Of a DNA stretch of 59,463 bases, positions 57,567 to 59,463 are shown piece after piece. The translations under genes and the position numbers were made by a program. The DNA comes from Thraustochytrium aureum (Eukaryota), in assembly GCA_012862495.1 (NCBI GenBank), contig BLSG01000187.1, positions 20,402 to 79,864 on the forward strand. The letters run 5' to 3'. Position 1 is the stretch's first letter, and each line of letters begins with the position of its first letter. The notes below the pieces were generated by a model. The model was not told where the DNA came from. It worked only from the letters and a program-made list of their open reading frames with translations, and made no database searches.

Positions 57567-59292
57567 ATGCGGTGGGCCGTCGTCGCGAGAGCTGCCCGCT
57601 CGAGGTTCTCGCCATCGGGATTCAAGGCGCGACGAGCTCGCCCGGCACTCGGCGGCGCGAGAACGATGACAACCACGTCCACGTCCGGAAAGCCGCGCTC
57701 GAGTCACGCCAAAGCCGACTCGGGCACGACGCTCGACTGGGCGGAGCTGCGCACCGCCGCGGAAGGGTGCAAACCGTTTGAGGAAGACGGGTTTCGCGAC
57801 GAGGACAGCTGGCTGGCGAATGGGCCCGCCAACGCGAGGTCCACGCTGCGGCTGTTTGGACGCGGGAAAGCGAGGTGCGCGTGACGCTGTTCCACGACTT
57901 TCACNNNNNNNNNNNNNNNNNNNNNNNNNNNNNNNNNNNNNNNNNNNNNNNNNNNNNNNNNNNNNNNNNNNNNNNNNNNNNNNNNNNNNNNNNNNNNNNN
58001 NNNNNNNNNNNNNNNNNNNNNNNNNNNNNNNNNNNNNNNNNNNNNNNNNNNNNNNNNNNNNNNNNNNNNNNNNNNNNNNNNNNNNNNNNNNNNNNNNNNN
58101 NNNNNNNNNNNNNNNNNNNNNNNNNNNNNNNNNNNNNNNNNNNNNNNNNNNNNNNNNNNNNNNNNNNNNNNNNNNNNNNNNNNNNNNNNNNNNNNNNNNN
58201 NNNNNNNNNNNNNNNNNNNNNNNNNNNNNNNNNNNNNNNNNNNNNNNNNNNNNNNNNNNNNNNNNNNNNNNNNNNNNNNNNNNNNNNNNNNNNNNNNNNN
58301 NNNNNNNNNNNNNNNNNNNNNNNNNNNNNNNNNNNNNNNNNNNNNNNNNNNNNNNNNNNNNNNNNNNNNNNNNNNNNNNNNNNNNNNNNNNNNNNNNNNN
58401 NNNNNNNNNNNNNNNNNNNNNNNNNNNNNNNNNNNNNNNNNNNNNNNNNNNNNNNNNNNNNNNNNNNNNNNNNNNNNNGATCCGGCTACGCCAACTCGAG
58501 CGCAAGCTTTTCTCCGCGTGGTGCGGCTGGCTCTGCTACAACCTGGCCCCGTCAGCGGAGGAGCGAGCGCAGGAGGTCTTTGAGGCCGTCGCGGCAGAGG
58601 TGGGCGCCGCTCTCCGGGAGCACCACGGACCTTTCTTTCTTGGGCCCACGCTCACATGTATCGACGTCGTCTTCATTCCGTACGTGGAGCGCATGAACGC
58701 GAGCTTGTTTTACTACAAGGGCTACAACCTGCGCGGCAAGGTGCCGGAGCTCGGGCGCTGGCTCGACGCGCTCGAGAAGCTCGACGAGTACAAAGGCACC
58801 CAGAGCGACCACCACACGCACGCGCACGATTTGCCTCCGCAAATGGGCGGCTGCTACTCGAACGAGTCGCCAGACGCCCGCCGGGCGGCCGCACTGGTCG
58901 ACCTCGGGTGCGCAAAAGACCTCCCAGACACCGCGCTGCCCGAGCCCGCAAACGCCGCGATCTTCGCCCTCAGCAGGGTCGTCAAGCACCGCGAAGCCAT
59001 CATAGCGGCGAATCCGCATCACGACAAGGCCGCCGTCGACGCTTCGCTCCGCGCGGCGCTCACACTGCTACTCACGGGAGCCCCGCCCGAGGACGTACCA
59101 AGAGACGCTGACGTCATTCTGCGGTATGCTCGGGACCGCATTTCCGTGCCGCGCGACATGCCGCTTTGGCCCGCCAGACGACTGCGTGAAGCGTTCGAGG
59201 CGACGGCGTCGCGGGCCGGGGACCGCCAGGGACCGCCAATTCCCCTCCGGCACCGCCGCGACCAAGACCCGCGCGCCTTCGGCCGCACGTAG
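57567..59292 (+). CDS. Glutathione S-transferase-like protein of the cyanobacterial/algal type, with N-terminal targeting-like extension; frame break near 57865 and gap
   Basis: NGPANARSTLRLFG..VRVTLFHDFH before the gap. After it, FSAWCGWLC, GPFFLG, DVVFIPYVERMNASLFYYKG, GTQSDHHTHAHDLPPQMGGC and RDRISVPRDM. Confidence 0.8.
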
Positions 59293-59463
59293 GACACGCA
59301 AGGAGGAGAGCAAGTTGAGTAGCAGAATCAAATCTACAGCGCTCTTAGCTCAGTCACAAAGGATCGAATTCCGGCACGTCACGGGAGGAAGAGCGGCGAC
59401 TGCTTGAGGGCATCAGGCACGGCACAGCGGGCAGCGTCCAGGGCGCGCACAAGCTTGTCTGCC

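Larger units (their letters stand above)
4734..58478. other. 13 N-gaps (4734-4922, 6734-6905, 16846-17272, 18595-18926, 20853-21116, 24568-25375, 35111-35324, 37671-38017, 39625-40166, 41992-42256, 45094-45230, 50777-50831, 57905-58478)
   Basis: Runs of n; several lie inside genes. Confidence 0.99.

Overview
GC-rich, gene-dense, intron-poor eukaryotic genomic DNA. A stramenopile protist such as a thraustochytrid/labyrinthulomycete is a plausible source, but that is inference from gene content, short GT-AG introns with CTRAC branch points and (GGCA/GCTG)n microsatellites. The window has 13 N-gaps, and several single-base frame breaks fall at short G/C runs and are probably sequencing errors. 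About 22 protein genes are supported: a Myb/SANT-like protein, a ubinuclein/HPC2-like protein, RPL27A (3 exons), an LEA-like protein, APC10 (4 exons, one a 22-nt microexon), a TLC-like membrane protein, a YbjQ-like protein, an LRR protein, a fragmented single-pass membrane protein, a small coiled-coil protein, an arrestin-fold protein, a CAMKMT-like methyltransferase, an Hv1 proton channel, an ABCA transporter, a desaturase-like enzyme, RPC7, a C2H2 zinc finger, CRY-DASH and a cyanobacterial-type GST, plus three unusual architectures. The most striking is a ~6.4 kb minus-strand locus that appears to join an LRR + cysteine-rich ectodomain, a ~9-TM module and a non-RD MAP2K-like kinase in one receptor. 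The other two are a myosin-IQ-RhoGEF(DH)-PH motor and a tandemly duplicated GT13 + GnT-V-like Cys-rich glycosyltransferase. No tRNA, rRNA, CRISPR array or transposon was recognised.
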